Source: Blastocatellia bacterium
GTDB lineage: Bacteria > Acidobacteriota > Blastocatellia > RBC074
Reading direction: 5' to 3'
DNA: 64,000 nt
NCBI GenBank assembly: GCA_043783625.1
Contig: JAYVZE010000200.1
Location: forward strand, 14,097-78,096
A program made the position numbers and the translations under genes. Below the pieces are notes generated by a model. The model saw nothing but the letters and a program-made list of their open reading frames with translations, ran no database searches and was not told where the DNA came from. Below, piece by piece: positions 50,219 through 59,660 of this stretch (its first letter is position 1; the number at the start of each line of letters is the position of its first letter).

Positions 50219-51736
50219 TTACGGTGTCTTGATCAACCAGCGTTGTTTCTCGCTCTTAGGATCGAATTTTGCGAGCGTAGCGAAACTGCTGCCCACTGCC
50301 GAAAGTGCCAGCGAATCTTTTGCGTTAGGAATCGCTTTGGGCATGATGCGCCAACTGCCATCGGCGAGCTGATCGAAACGCCAAAGCTGTTCAGGGCTTC
50401 CGGTAAAGGTTGGCAAGGCGATTAACTCGCCGCCTTCGGTCGCGGTCAGCGTTCGCGTAGTTCCGGCAATCGTGATTTTGAAATACGGCGCGCCAAGATA
50501 ACCGCCCGCGTTGGCGACTGGCTCAATCATCCATTTCTGTTGCGCCTGAAGCATGTAATTCCCCATGCGAACAGCAACGTCACCCGTCGGCCATTTTGTC
50601 GAAACTTCGGCGACATCTTGCGGCGGAATCGGTTTGCCCGTGCCGGCAAACATTCCACCGCCACCGCCGGGCGGCGGCCCAGCGTTAGTGCCGGGTGCGG
50701 GTGCGCCGCCTTGCGCTCCCGGTGGCGGGCCACGTCGCACCGGCCTGCCGCCGACAGGAAACCCTTCTACGGCAAGTTCAAGCGAAGTGCCGGTGCGCAC
50801 CGATTCAAACTGATAGGTGCCCGCCTGCAAATTCTCACCGGCAACCGGCCAGCCGTCTTTCCATTGCAACGGGCGAATGTCGAGCACGCTCGCTCCGCCT
50901 CGATCAAGGTCGGCTTCATAGTGCATTGAAAATTTCTGTACGCCATCGCCCAGATCGAATAATCCGAAATGACCAGGGCCAATCACGCGCCCAGATGACG
51001 TAACGAAAAGTTTGCCGCCGCCCTGAATCATGTCTACGCCCATGTTGTCTATGAAAGGGCCTGTGACTTTCTTGGCGCGACCGACGCGAATGTTATAGCC
51101 GGAATCTGCGCCGCGACAGCAACTGCCGTGCGTAACCAACAAGTAATACCAACCCTCGTGATAGATCATGATTGAGGCTTCACTGTTGATCGCAATGTTA
51201 CGCGGTTTTTCAAGTGGGTTGAGACGCTTGCCCGTTTTAGGATCAAGCTCTACCAACCGGATGGAACCGAAATAAGAACCATAAACGAGCCACAATTTTT
51301 TTGTCGTTGGATCAAGCAACACGCCCGGATCAATCGCGTTGCAATCTTCGACGCCGTCAGACGAAGCGACTACGCCACCCTCTTCCCATTTATAATCAGG
51401 CGAATTTGGGTCGAGCGTTTTGTTGGTGAGCAAATTGATGTCCGCTTTGGTGACTCCGCTATTGGCGGCGATATACAAAAAATATTTATCGCCGAGATGG
51501 ATAACATCAGGAGCCAATCCGCGTCGCGGCAGCCGCGTGCCTTGCCGCCACGTCCACCCGTCGTCAGAGACAAGCGCCGACCCACCCGTGCCGTAGGTGT
51601 AATACTTGCCATCGCAAAGAACGATGGTGGAAGGATCATGAATTCCGATTTGTCCATCCAACGCGATGGCACTCGAATTCTGAATGTAACCAGTTGCCAA
51701 CAGGAGCAAGGCGGCAGTCAAAAGATTTTTTTTCAT
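50219..51736 (-). CDS. secreted glycoside hydrolase family 43 (arabinanase/xylosidase five-bladed propeller) with Pro/Gly-rich linker and C-terminal beta-sandwich
   Basis: Signal peptide. IHDPSTIVLCDGKYYTYGTG catalytic Asp motif. PGG-rich linker near 50650..50790. Confidence 0.8.
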   Translation of the reverse strand: MKKNLLTAALLLLATGYIQNSSAIALDGQIGIHDPSTIVLCDGKYYTYGTGGSALVSDDGWTWRQGTRLPRRGLAPDVIHLGDKYFLYIAANSGVTKADINLLTNKTLDPNSPDYKWEEGGVVASSDGVEDCNAIDPGVLLDPTTKKLWLVYGSYFGSIRLVELDPKTGKRLNPLEKPRNIAINSEASIMIYHEGWYYLLVTHGSCCRGADSGYNIRVGRAKKVTGPFIDNMGVDMIQGGGKLFVTSSGRVIGPGHFGLFDLGDGVQKFSMHYEADLDRGGASVLDIRPLQWKDGWPVAGENLQAGTYQFESVRTGTSLELAVEGFPVGGRPVRRGPPPGAQGGAPAPGTNAGPPPGGGGGMFAGTGKPIPPQDVAEVSTKWPTGDVAVRMGNYMLQAQQKWMIEPVANAGGYLGAPYFKITIAGTTRTLTATEGGELIALPTFTGSPEQLWRFDQLADGSWRIMPKAIPNAKDSLALSAVGSSFATLAKFDPKSEKQRWLIKTP

Positions 51737-51786
51737 AGGGTTTTTAATCGAATAGCCATTGCAGTTACCGAAAGCTTGCAATGGCG

Positions 51787-52863
51787 TTACTTACAATTTT
51801 TATCGAAACAAAGATGCTTGCTGAAAAACGGCATCACAAAATTTTGAAAGCGCACAGCAACCGCGCTGGTATGCGTGCCTGAATAAATTTCAAAGCTATT
51901 CGCAATGCCGTATTTATCCATCGCATCGTGCAACTTACCGGAATCAACTTTTAGCCCGTCCTTGTCGCCGACATCAATTGAGATGGCACGATACATCCGC
52001 AAATTCGCAACGTATTGATCAAAGAAAGCCAGTGGCGAATTCGCCGCCCATTTCGCCAATATATCGGGTTGCACTTCGCCATTCTTTCTTGCCAGGTCGA
52101 GATAGAGCGGCGGATTTTTCGGATTCGGCGACCACGCCGCAGCCGCCGCAAGTTGCGCACGTGCGCCAAAGCCTAATTTCGCAGAATCTTCCGCCGTTTT
52201 CACTGCTTCAAGTGCTTTATCCATCTCTGCGTTCACGGGTCCCGCCTGGCGCGGAGACAAACAGCACGGACTCATGATGTACAAACTGCCGAACACATCG
52301 GCGTGCTTCATGCCGATGCGCGTTGCGCCGTATCCGCCCATCGAATGCCCTACTAGACCACGACTCAAGCGATTGGGCAACGTGCGATAATGCGCGTCAA
52401 TAAATGCCACAACATCACGCGCAATAAAATTCTCGAAATCGCCCGTTGTAGCCGAGCTTGAATACATTGATCCGTTGTGAACGGTCTTGGAATCAGGCAG
52501 CACGACGATCATCTCTTGTGCGCCTAACGCGAACGCGCCTTCGAGGGTTTGCGGCACGTGGATTTCTTTGCTCCATTGTTCAGCGCCGATGGAATATCCG
52601 TGCAGCGCATAAACCACTGGATAACGTCGTGATTTTTGTTTCTCATAACTCGGCGGCAAAAGTACGAGTACATCACGATCAACGGCGTCGCCTTCCAAAT
52701 TGCCTTCGAGCGTGACCCCGTGAATTTTGATGCGCTCAACTTTCGCGGGCTTTGCGCTCGCCACTATGGGAGGCACTTCGGTTTGCACTTGCGCGGCAAT
52801 CGGTAAGGCAACCGCCACAGCAAGTAACGACAAAATCAAAAATCGTAGCTTGTTAACCATCAT
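51787..52863 (-). CDS. secreted esterase, esterase D / CE1-like alpha/beta hydrolase
   Basis: Signal peptide. GHSMGG nucleophile elbow. Confidence 0.7.
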   Translation of the reverse strand: MMVNKLRFLILSLLAVAVALPIAAQVQTEVPPIVASAKPAKVERIKIHGVTLEGNLEGDAVDRDVLVLLPPSYEKQKSRRYPVVYALHGYSIGAEQWSKEIHVPQTLEGAFALGAQEMIVVLPDSKTVHNGSMYSSSATTGDFENFIARDVVAFIDAHYRTLPNRLSRGLVGHSMGGYGATRIGMKHADVFGSLYIMSPCCLSPRQAGPVNAEMDKALEAVKTAEDSAKLGFGARAQLAAAAAWSPNPKNPPLYLDLARKNGEVQPDILAKWAANSPLAFFDQYVANLRMYRAISIDVGDKDGLKVDSGKLHDAMDKYGIANSFEIYSGTHTSAVAVRFQNFVMPFFSKHLCFDKNCK

Positions 52864-52945
52864 TCATTTCCTCTTAATTTTATGCTCAATTTTCTCATTA
52901 CAACAAATGGCGCGTGATAAAGAATCTAACCGAACGATAGCGACG

Positions 52946-53926
52946 TTATTGCTCGTAACCAACGCGCTGTTCAATTGCGCCGAAAATCGAATAACCGTCG
53001 TTATCGAAAACTTCCATACGCACCGTATCGCCAAATCGCATGAAACCAGTTTTGCTTGCACCTTCGTCCAGCATTTCAATCACACGGCGTTCGCTGATGC
53101 AGGCGGAACCTGCGCTGCGATCTGCGTTAGAAACAGTACCGGAGCCGATGATTGTGCCAGCTCGCAAACGTCTGGTTTTCGCGGCGTGTGCGATCAATTC
53201 GTAAAAACCAAAATTCATTTCGCTACCGTTCGGATGTCCGAACCACGCGCCGTTCCATAGAATATTCAGCGGTAAATGCACGCGCCCATCACGCCACGCA
53301 TCACCGAGTTCGTCAGGTGTAATCGCCACCGGAGCGAATGCTGTTGCAGGCTTCGCGTGAAAAAACCCGAAGCCCGTTTTCATTTCGCGCGGGCCAAAAC
53401 CGCGCAAACTCCAGTCATTGATTTGCACAATTAATTTTATGTGTGATGGAGCTTCTTCCGGCGTACATCCCATTGGCACATCGTCCACGATCACGCCGTA
53501 TTCGCCTTCAAAATCAATGCCGTGTTCTTCGCTCAAAAATGGTGCATCATCACACGCACCGAGGAAGTCGTCCGACCCGCCTTGATACATCAACGGGATC
53601 GTCTCGAAATCCGCCATCGGCGGCGTATTGAAAGCTTTTTCCATCAGTCGCCCATGATTCAAAAATGCCGAGCCGTCGCACCATTGATAAGCACGGGGCA
53701 ACGGCGCAGCCACAGTTTTGGCTTCGAACGTAAAAGAGTCTTTCACCGTTCCAGCCCTGAGTTCAGCCGCCAGCATTTGCAATTGTGGTGCTGTCTTCGC
53801 CCAATCATCAAGCGCGTCTTGCATCGTCGAAGCAATTGTTTGCGCAGAAACAGCACGATTTAAATCATTGGCGACCACGATCAATGCGCCATCACGTGTT
53901 CCATTTTTAAGCGTGGCAAGTTTCAT
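52946..53926 (-). CDS. fumarylacetoacetate hydrolase (FAH) family protein (candidate 2-keto-3-deoxy-sugar-acid dehydratase)
   Basis: 326 aa. FAH-fold metal-binding Glu/Asp pattern in C-terminal half. Confidence 0.65.
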   Translation of the reverse strand: MKLATLKNGTRDGALIVVANDLNRAVSAQTIASTMQDALDDWAKTAPQLQMLAAELRAGTVKDSFTFEAKTVAAPLPRAYQWCDGSAFLNHGRLMEKAFNTPPMADFETIPLMYQGGSDDFLGACDDAPFLSEEHGIDFEGEYGVIVDDVPMGCTPEEAPSHIKLIVQINDWSLRGFGPREMKTGFGFFHAKPATAFAPVAITPDELGDAWRDGRVHLPLNILWNGAWFGHPNGSEMNFGFYELIAHAAKTRRLRAGTIIGSGTVSNADRSAGSACISERRVIEMLDEGASKTGFMRFGDTVRMEVFDNDGYSIFGAIEQRVGYEQ

Positions 53927-53929
53927 AAA

Positions 53930-55336
53930 TTACGAGCGAACGTATTCAAATTCAAACGGCTGATGATTGACACCGACTTTCGGCGGCGCGATCCAGTTGG
54001 CAATTTTTCCAACTTCAGTCACAGGAGTCATCAGGCTTTGCACATATTCGCGGTCTGCTAACATCGGCAGCCATTCACTCGAACGTCGCACAAATTCTTC
54101 TGCCGAAAGCGGCACACCTTGCACATCAAAATTGTATCCGGCATACGCTCCAACATGGCGATGGAAGCGGCGGCTCGGTAAATACAGGCGTTCGGCGATG
54201 TCTTCGTCAGCTAAGATTTTATTCCAGCGCAGCAATCCGCGCTCGCAATCTTTGCCGTATTCATTGCGCAGAACTTCATTCAACGCATTGCGCAGTGGCA
54301 CTTCTTTGAATTGCAGGCGATTCTCTTCCAGCACTTCAATGCTGTAACTGCCTTCCGCCACGATGTGATCTTCGTAGCGTTTTTGTTCTTCGTAGCGACC
54401 TTTCAAACCCGCCGCAAAAAAATCCGCTGAGTTGGAACTAATCTCGCCACCAAACAAATCAAGCGAATAGCTGTACCAGTAATTGATGTATTTCTGAATA
54501 ATCTCAAGCGGAATGCCGCCGCGTGCTTTCACCTCTTCATTGGGGCTTTCTTTCATCAACTGTGCGGTGCGTTTGACCACACGACCGATGCCCGTTTCAC
54601 CAACAAACAAATGATGCGCCTCTTCGGTCAGCATAAAACGACAAGTGCGTTGCAACGGCTCAAAGCCTGATTCAGCCAGTGCCGCCAACTGATATTTGCC
54701 GTCGCGGTCGGTGAACATCGCGAACGCGAAAAAGTTCAGCCAGTCGTCGCACGGTTGATTGAAGGCTTGCAGGATGCGCGGCTTGTCAGCATCACCGCTG
54801 CGGCGTTGCAATAACTCATCAGCTTCTTCGCGTCCGTCGCGTCCGAAATAACCGTGCAGCAAATAGACCATCGCCCATAAATGACGACCTTCTTCGACGT
54901 TGACTTGAAATAAATTTCTGAGGTCATAGAGCGATGGACAAGTCTTGCCGAGTTGTCGTTGTTGCTCTACAGAAGCAGGTTCGGTGTCGCCTTGCGTGAC
55001 AATGATGCGGCGTAGCGAGTTGCGAAATTCGCCCGGCACTTCCTGATAAACCGGCTTGCCGTAATTATCGCCAAAGCCGATAGTCGCGCCCTGCTGCGCC
55101 GGAGTCAGAAAAATTCCCCAGCGATAATCGGGCATTTTCACATAATCAAAATGTGCCCAGCCCGAAGGTTCTACGCTGATGGCAGTACGCAAATACACAT
55201 CTTTTTGCTGAAAACCATCCGGCCCCATTTCGTTCCACCAGCTCAAATAATTGGGCAGCCATTTTTCCAGCGCACGTTGCAAACGCACGTCATCGGCGAG
55301 ATTTACATTGTTAGGAATGCGGTCGTAAAGGCTCAT
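53930..55336 (-). CDS. boxB: benzoyl-CoA 2,3-epoxidase, diiron oxygenase component BoxB
   Basis: About 468 aa from MSLYDRIPNNVNLADDVRLQRALEKW. Diiron ligand motifs EEGRHLW and LTEEAHH. Adjacent to boxC. Confidence 0.7.
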   Translation of the reverse strand: MSLYDRIPNNVNLADDVRLQRALEKWLPNYLSWWNEMGPDGFQQKDVYLRTAISVEPSGWAHFDYVKMPDYRWGIFLTPAQQGATIGFGDNYGKPVYQEVPGEFRNSLRRIIVTQGDTEPASVEQQRQLGKTCPSLYDLRNLFQVNVEEGRHLWAMVYLLHGYFGRDGREEADELLQRRSGDADKPRILQAFNQPCDDWLNFFAFAMFTDRDGKYQLAALAESGFEPLQRTCRFMLTEEAHHLFVGETGIGRVVKRTAQLMKESPNEEVKARGGIPLEIIQKYINYWYSYSLDLFGGEISSNSADFFAAGLKGRYEEQKRYEDHIVAEGSYSIEVLEENRLQFKEVPLRNALNEVLRNEYGKDCERGLLRWNKILADEDIAERLYLPSRRFHRHVGAYAGYNFDVQGVPLSAEEFVRRSSEWLPMLADREYVQSLMTPVTEVGKIANWIAPPKVGVNHQPFEFEYVRS

Positions 55337-55339
55337 AGT

Positions 55340-55456
55340 GATTGCGGAGTGCGGATTTGGGATTGCGGGTTCAAGAATTGGACTTACAAAAATTTTTCTC
55401 CAATATTTGCGGAGCACAGTTTTTTTACCGCAACCCACAATCCCAAATCCGCAATC
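55340..55456. promoter_or_regulatory. 32 nt imperfect inverted repeat containing doubled GATTGCGG half-sites, in the boxC-boxB intergenic spacer
   Basis: Arm gattgcggagtgcggatttgggattgcgggtt at 55340..55371 pairs with accgcaacccacaatcccaaatccgcaatc at 55427..55456. Extra ttgcggag copy in spacer. Confidence 0.5.
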
Positions 55457-55458
55457 AA

Positions 55459-57081
55459 TTAAGTGCGTTTGTAATCAAATTTCGCCTGCGTCGGTTTGCC
55501 GTAATTGGTCAGTGCACCATTTTCGCCAACGGCGTTGGGGCGTTGAAAAATCCAGTTTTGCCACGCGGTCAATCGTCCGAAAATTTTTGTGTCGTGCGTC
55601 TCTGCTCCGGCAAAACGTAAGTTCGCTTCCATCCCTGTCAGCGCGTCGGGCGAAAGCGCAGTGCGCTCTTCAATCGCCAAACGGATTTCATCATCCCAAT
55701 CCAGATCGTCAGGCGCAGTGGTAATCAAACCCGCTTCATCAGCGGCTTCGGTGTCAAAGCGTGCGGTTTGCAAGACGGCTTCGACTTGTTCGGATTGCGC
55801 GAGGAAGCGCGATTGCAAGCGCGTCAAACCGTTACTCATCGGCAACGCTCCGGCGTTCAGCTCACTCGTAGCAATTTCAACCGGATGCGATGCATCGTTG
55901 AGCATGTAAGTGCGATCAGCCGCAAGCGCGAGTTCAAGCAAGCAGCCCGCAAAACAACTGCCGGGTTCGATCAGCGCGAAGAAACTCTTCGCCGTCAGGT
56001 CAAGCCGCCGCAACGTCCGCGCCATAAATAAAAGCGTTTCACGCACCAGCCAATGTTCACGCTGTTCGGTCAAGACGCGATCCACTGCCAGCACATTTTC
56101 AGCATTGCCTGTCGTTCGCAAAATCAGCAAACCGATTTCGGGTTCGTTGGCGCGTAAGTGCAACAGCGCGTTATCAAGGTCACGGAACGCGGCGAGCGGC
56201 CACCATGCATCACCAAGTTTTTGAATTTCATTCGCGTCAGTTGGTTGCGTATCTTCCGGCGCACGTAACGTCAATTCGGCATAACGCTTGTCCCGATGCA
56301 TACGCAAACTGACGTGATGGTATTCGCGTGCGTTGTCACTGCTTTCAATTTGCAACGGATGCAGTTTGATTCCTTGCAGCGATTCGCTTGTCGCCGCCAG
56401 TTCACGCGCTCGTGCCGTAATCGCTTCATCAAATTTTGTTGTCGGAAAATAATCGTCAATTAATCCCCATTCTTTCGCACGTTTGGCTTTGAAGCCTTCC
56501 GCTAACGTAGAAAAAATGTCCGCACGGTCACGGCGAATTTTGCGTTTGTCTACTAATCGCGTCAGCCCGCCCGTTCCCGGCAACACGCCGAGCAGTGGCA
56601 CTTCAGGTAATGAAACTGCGGCGTTGCCATCATCCACCAGATAAATTTCTTCGCACGCAATTGCCAGTTCATAACCGCCGCCCGAAGCCGTGCCGTTCAG
56701 CGCGGCGATGTATCGCTGCCCCGAATTGCGCGAAGCGTCTTCAATGCCGCAGCGCGTTTCGTTCGTAAATTTACAGAAATTGACTTTGTGCGCGTGCGAC
56801 GAAGTGCCAAGCATGTATATGTTTGCACCTGCGCAAAAGATGCGCGGTTTCAAACTCGTGACAATGACGACGCACACTGACGGATGCTCAAAGCGTAGTC
56901 GTTCGACAGCATCGGCGAGTTCAATGTCTACGCCAAGATCGTAAGAATTCAGCTTTAATTTATAGCCCTCAAACAGCGTCGCATCTTCATTCACATCCAT
57001 CGTCAACGTAGCGATTGCGCCATCAACGCTGAGCCTCCAATGCCGATAGAGTTCGGGAGAAGTTTCAAAATCAATATGCAT
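55459..57081 (-). CDS. boxC: 2,3-epoxybenzoyl-CoA dihydrolase (benzoyl-CoA-dihydrodiol lyase) BoxC, crotonase superfamily
   Basis: 540 aa. N-terminal MHIDFETSPELYRHWRLSVDG. Two enoyl-CoA hydratase-like domains. Confidence 0.7.
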   Translation of the reverse strand: MHIDFETSPELYRHWRLSVDGAIATLTMDVNEDATLFEGYKLKLNSYDLGVDIELADAVERLRFEHPSVCVVIVTSLKPRIFCAGANIYMLGTSSHAHKVNFCKFTNETRCGIEDASRNSGQRYIAALNGTASGGGYELAIACEEIYLVDDGNAAVSLPEVPLLGVLPGTGGLTRLVDKRKIRRDRADIFSTLAEGFKAKRAKEWGLIDDYFPTTKFDEAITARARELAATSESLQGIKLHPLQIESSDNAREYHHVSLRMHRDKRYAELTLRAPEDTQPTDANEIQKLGDAWWPLAAFRDLDNALLHLRANEPEIGLLILRTTGNAENVLAVDRVLTEQREHWLVRETLLFMARTLRRLDLTAKSFFALIEPGSCFAGCLLELALAADRTYMLNDASHPVEIATSELNAGALPMSNGLTRLQSRFLAQSEQVEAVLQTARFDTEAADEAGLITTAPDDLDWDDEIRLAIEERTALSPDALTGMEANLRFAGAETHDTKIFGRLTAWQNWIFQRPNAVGENGALTNYGKPTQAKFDYKRT

Positions 57082-57106
57082 ATTTCTTCACTGGGCGCGT
57101 CTTTTA

Positions 57107-57210
57107 CTGGGAGTGCCCGCATCCTGCGGGCGAATCCGTACTCAGGGAAACCTTTTTATCGCAGGTAGTTGCTCGCCACGGCTTCGCCCGCAGGATGCGG
57201 GCGCTCCCAG
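57107..57210. repeat. inverted pair of GCAGGATGC hairpin motifs (ctgggagtgcccgcatcctgcgggcg / cgcccgcaggatgcgggcgctcccag)
   Basis: Exact reverse-complement arms with 53 nt spacer between ligase and boxC genes. Confidence 0.65.
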
Positions 57211-57212
57211 TA

Positions 57213-58706
57213 TTATTCTCGTAACTTGAATCGTTGAATTTTGCCGCTCGCGGTTTTCGGCAATTTATTCACAAAATCAATCAGGTGCGGATACTGAAAG
57301 CGTTGTAACCGCGCTTTGCACCATTGCTGCAATTCGTTTTTCAGTACAGGCGTTTCTGCATTATGCAAAATAATCACAGCGCGAATCCGCAGCACGCCAT
57401 CAACGTTGACACCAACCACAGCGGCTTCATTGACTGCCGCGTGTTCGAGCAAAACATTTTCCATTTCAATCGGCGAAACCCATTCGCCGCCAACTTTGAG
57501 CATGTCGTCGGCGCGACCTTCATACCAATAAAAGCCCTCTGCATCGCAGCGATAACGATCTCCTGTGACCATCCATTCGCCTTGCATCGTGCGGCGTGTC
57601 TTCTCACGGTTGCGCCAATAATACGCCGCCGCGCTTGCGCCCTTAACCAGCAAATGTCCCGTCTCGCCAATAACGACAAGGCTTCCGTTGTCATCTATAA
57701 TTTTTAATTCGTAACCCGGTACGGCTTTGCCGCTCGATCCCGGCTGACATTCTGCCGTCGTATTCGAGCAGAAAATATGCAGCATTTCAGTCGAACCAAT
57801 ACCATCCAAAATTTCTAAGTCGTAGGTTTCTTTCCACCGCCGCCACGTCTCAGGCGCGAGCGGTTCGGCAGCAGAGATACAGCGACGCACCGAAGACAAA
57901 TCGCCTTTTCCGCCCTCATTCAAAATTGCGTTGTAAAGCGTCGGCACCAAACATAACACCGTCGGGCGATAGCGTTCGATTGCTTCGAGAATACCACGCG
58001 GCGCAACTCGTCCGGGCAACAGCACCGTAGCCGCTCCAATACTGAACGGGAAGCTTAGCGCGTTACCAATTCCGTAAGCGTGAAACAACACGCGCCCCAA
58101 CACAATGTCGTTTTCATCCAATGCCAGCACGTGTTTGCTGTAGGTCTCACACGTCGCCGGAATCGCGCCGTGCAAATGGACTACACCTTTGGGATTGCCG
58201 GTCGAGCCGGAACTATAAAGCCAAAACGCCATGTCATCGCGGTGCGTGTTGGCGGGAGAAATTTCTGTGGGATAGGCTTTGAGTAATTCGTTCAAATCTT
58301 CGGCGACGATCACGTGAACGGCTTCGCCATAACCAACTAACGCTTCGTTTAATTTCTCAGCATTTGCGGCATCAACAATCACCACGCAGGCTTCGCTGTC
58401 TTCCAGAAAAAAACGGTAATCGCTGACTTTATACAAAGGATTCACTGGCACAGGAACCGCACCAATGCGCATCGCGCCAAAAAAAGAAATTGGAAAAGCA
58501 GGCGTGTCGCCCAGAATCAGCAACACACGATTTTCACGCGCTACGCCAAGTGCTTGCAGTGCGCCTGCCATGGCACAAACACGCCGGAACAATTCGTCAT
58601 AGCTGATTTTTTCATCGCCAAAATAGATGGCGGTACGCGCACCGCGTCCTGCCGCCAAATTGTCGTCAATCAATGTACTCGCGTTGTGTCGCGCTGTGAA
58701 CATCAT
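57213..58706 (-). CDS. benzoate-CoA ligase family (AMP-binding adenylate-forming enzyme)
   Basis: SSGSTGNPKG P-loop-like AMP motif, TGD motif, about 497 aa from MMFTARH. ATGA overlap with upstream esterase stop. Confidence 0.7.
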   Translation of the reverse strand: MMFTARHNASTLIDDNLAAGRGARTAIYFGDEKISYDELFRRVCAMAGALQALGVARENRVLLILGDTPAFPISFFGAMRIGAVPVPVNPLYKVSDYRFFLEDSEACVVIVDAANAEKLNEALVGYGEAVHVIVAEDLNELLKAYPTEISPANTHRDDMAFWLYSSGSTGNPKGVVHLHGAIPATCETYSKHVLALDENDIVLGRVLFHAYGIGNALSFPFSIGAATVLLPGRVAPRGILEAIERYRPTVLCLVPTLYNAILNEGGKGDLSSVRRCISAAEPLAPETWRRWKETYDLEILDGIGSTEMLHIFCSNTTAECQPGSSGKAVPGYELKIIDDNGSLVVIGETGHLLVKGASAAAYYWRNREKTRRTMQGEWMVTGDRYRCDAEGFYWYEGRADDMLKVGGEWVSPIEMENVLLEHAAVNEAAVVGVNVDGVLRIRAVIILHNAETPVLKNELQQWCKARLQRFQYPHLIDFVNKLPKTASGKIQRFKLRE

Positions 58707-59638
58707 TTTGCGCTTGGAGCTTTCAGGAGTCCTTGAATGTTCAGCCATTCGCCAAACCGCTCAACCCAACTATCCACTGGCCAGCCGCGATTGGTCAGTC
58801 CGAAACCGTGGCCGCCTTTTGAATAAATGTGTAATTCGGCAGGGCGTTTGGCGGCTTTCCATTCGAGATAAAGTTTGGCGCTGCTCCCGGAAAATGTTTG
58901 GTCATCATCGGCGACCGCGATGAAGAGCGGCGGCGCGTCAGCCACGACGGGCAAGCCGCTCGTGCTGCCGCCATAAATCGGCGCAGCGAAATTCGGACGG
59001 CTGTCGGCGTCGTGTTGCATGACGACACTCATCGTCAACATGCCTCCTGCCGAGAATCCCATCAGTCCAATGCGATCAGGCGCGATGCCCCATTCGACGG
59101 CGCGTTGCCGCACGAGCTTGACGGCTTGTCTGCCATCCGCTGTTGCAAATTCAGCGGCCTTTTGCTGTGCCGGATTCAACACGGGTGCAGCCGCAGGCGT
59201 AGTTGGCGGTTGCGGCGTGCGCGCCCTGTTCGCCGCCGCTAGTTTTTGGTAGTCCTCTTCGCTGCCGGTATCCGCCACGCGGTACTTGAGTACGAAAGCC
59301 GCGACGCCACGCGCTTGTAACCAGCGGGCTACGTTATGGCCTTCTTTCTCGATGGCGAGATGCACAAAAGCCCCGCCAGGTGCAACGATAATCGCTGTGC
59401 CGTTCGCCTTATCACGTTCCGGCAAATACGCCGTCAACGTCGGCTGCGTCACATTGCGGATGCGCGTTTGTTTGTCAGGATTAACAAACGTGACTTCCTT
59501 TTGTTGCGCATTTTCAGAACCGGGTGCGATGCCGGAATACAAGGGAATCACGGGCTGTTGCGCACGAACGCTGGCGGACGCGCACAACAACAAGGCTGCG
59601 ATGCGGCAGGCTGTTTTAGAGAAATTGATTCTTGTCAC
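58703..59638 (-). CDS. secreted alpha/beta-hydrolase esterase with Pro/Thr-rich insertion
   Basis: Signal peptide. GFSAGG nucleophile elbow. Confidence 0.65.
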   Translation of the reverse strand: MTRINFSKTACRIAALLLCASASVRAQQPVIPLYSGIAPGSENAQQKEVTFVNPDKQTRIRNVTQPTLTAYLPERDKANGTAIIVAPGGAFVHLAIEKEGHNVARWLQARGVAAFVLKYRVADTGSEEDYQKLAAANRARTPQPPTTPAAAPVLNPAQQKAAEFATADGRQAVKLVRQRAVEWGIAPDRIGLMGFSAGGMLTMSVVMQHDADSRPNFAAPIYGGSTSGLPVVADAPPLFIAVADDDQTFSGSSAKLYLEWKAAKRPAELHIYSKGGHGFGLTNRGWPVDSWVERFGEWLNIQGLLKAPSAK

Positions 59639-59660
59639 AAGTCTCCTTATTCTTTTAGTT

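Noticed and set aside
50540-51003. Cluster of 70-130 aa ORFs on both strands over the GH43 Pro/Gly-rich linker
   Set aside because: Generated by the locally GC-rich, low-complexity linker-encoding DNA. All overlap the GH43 gene.
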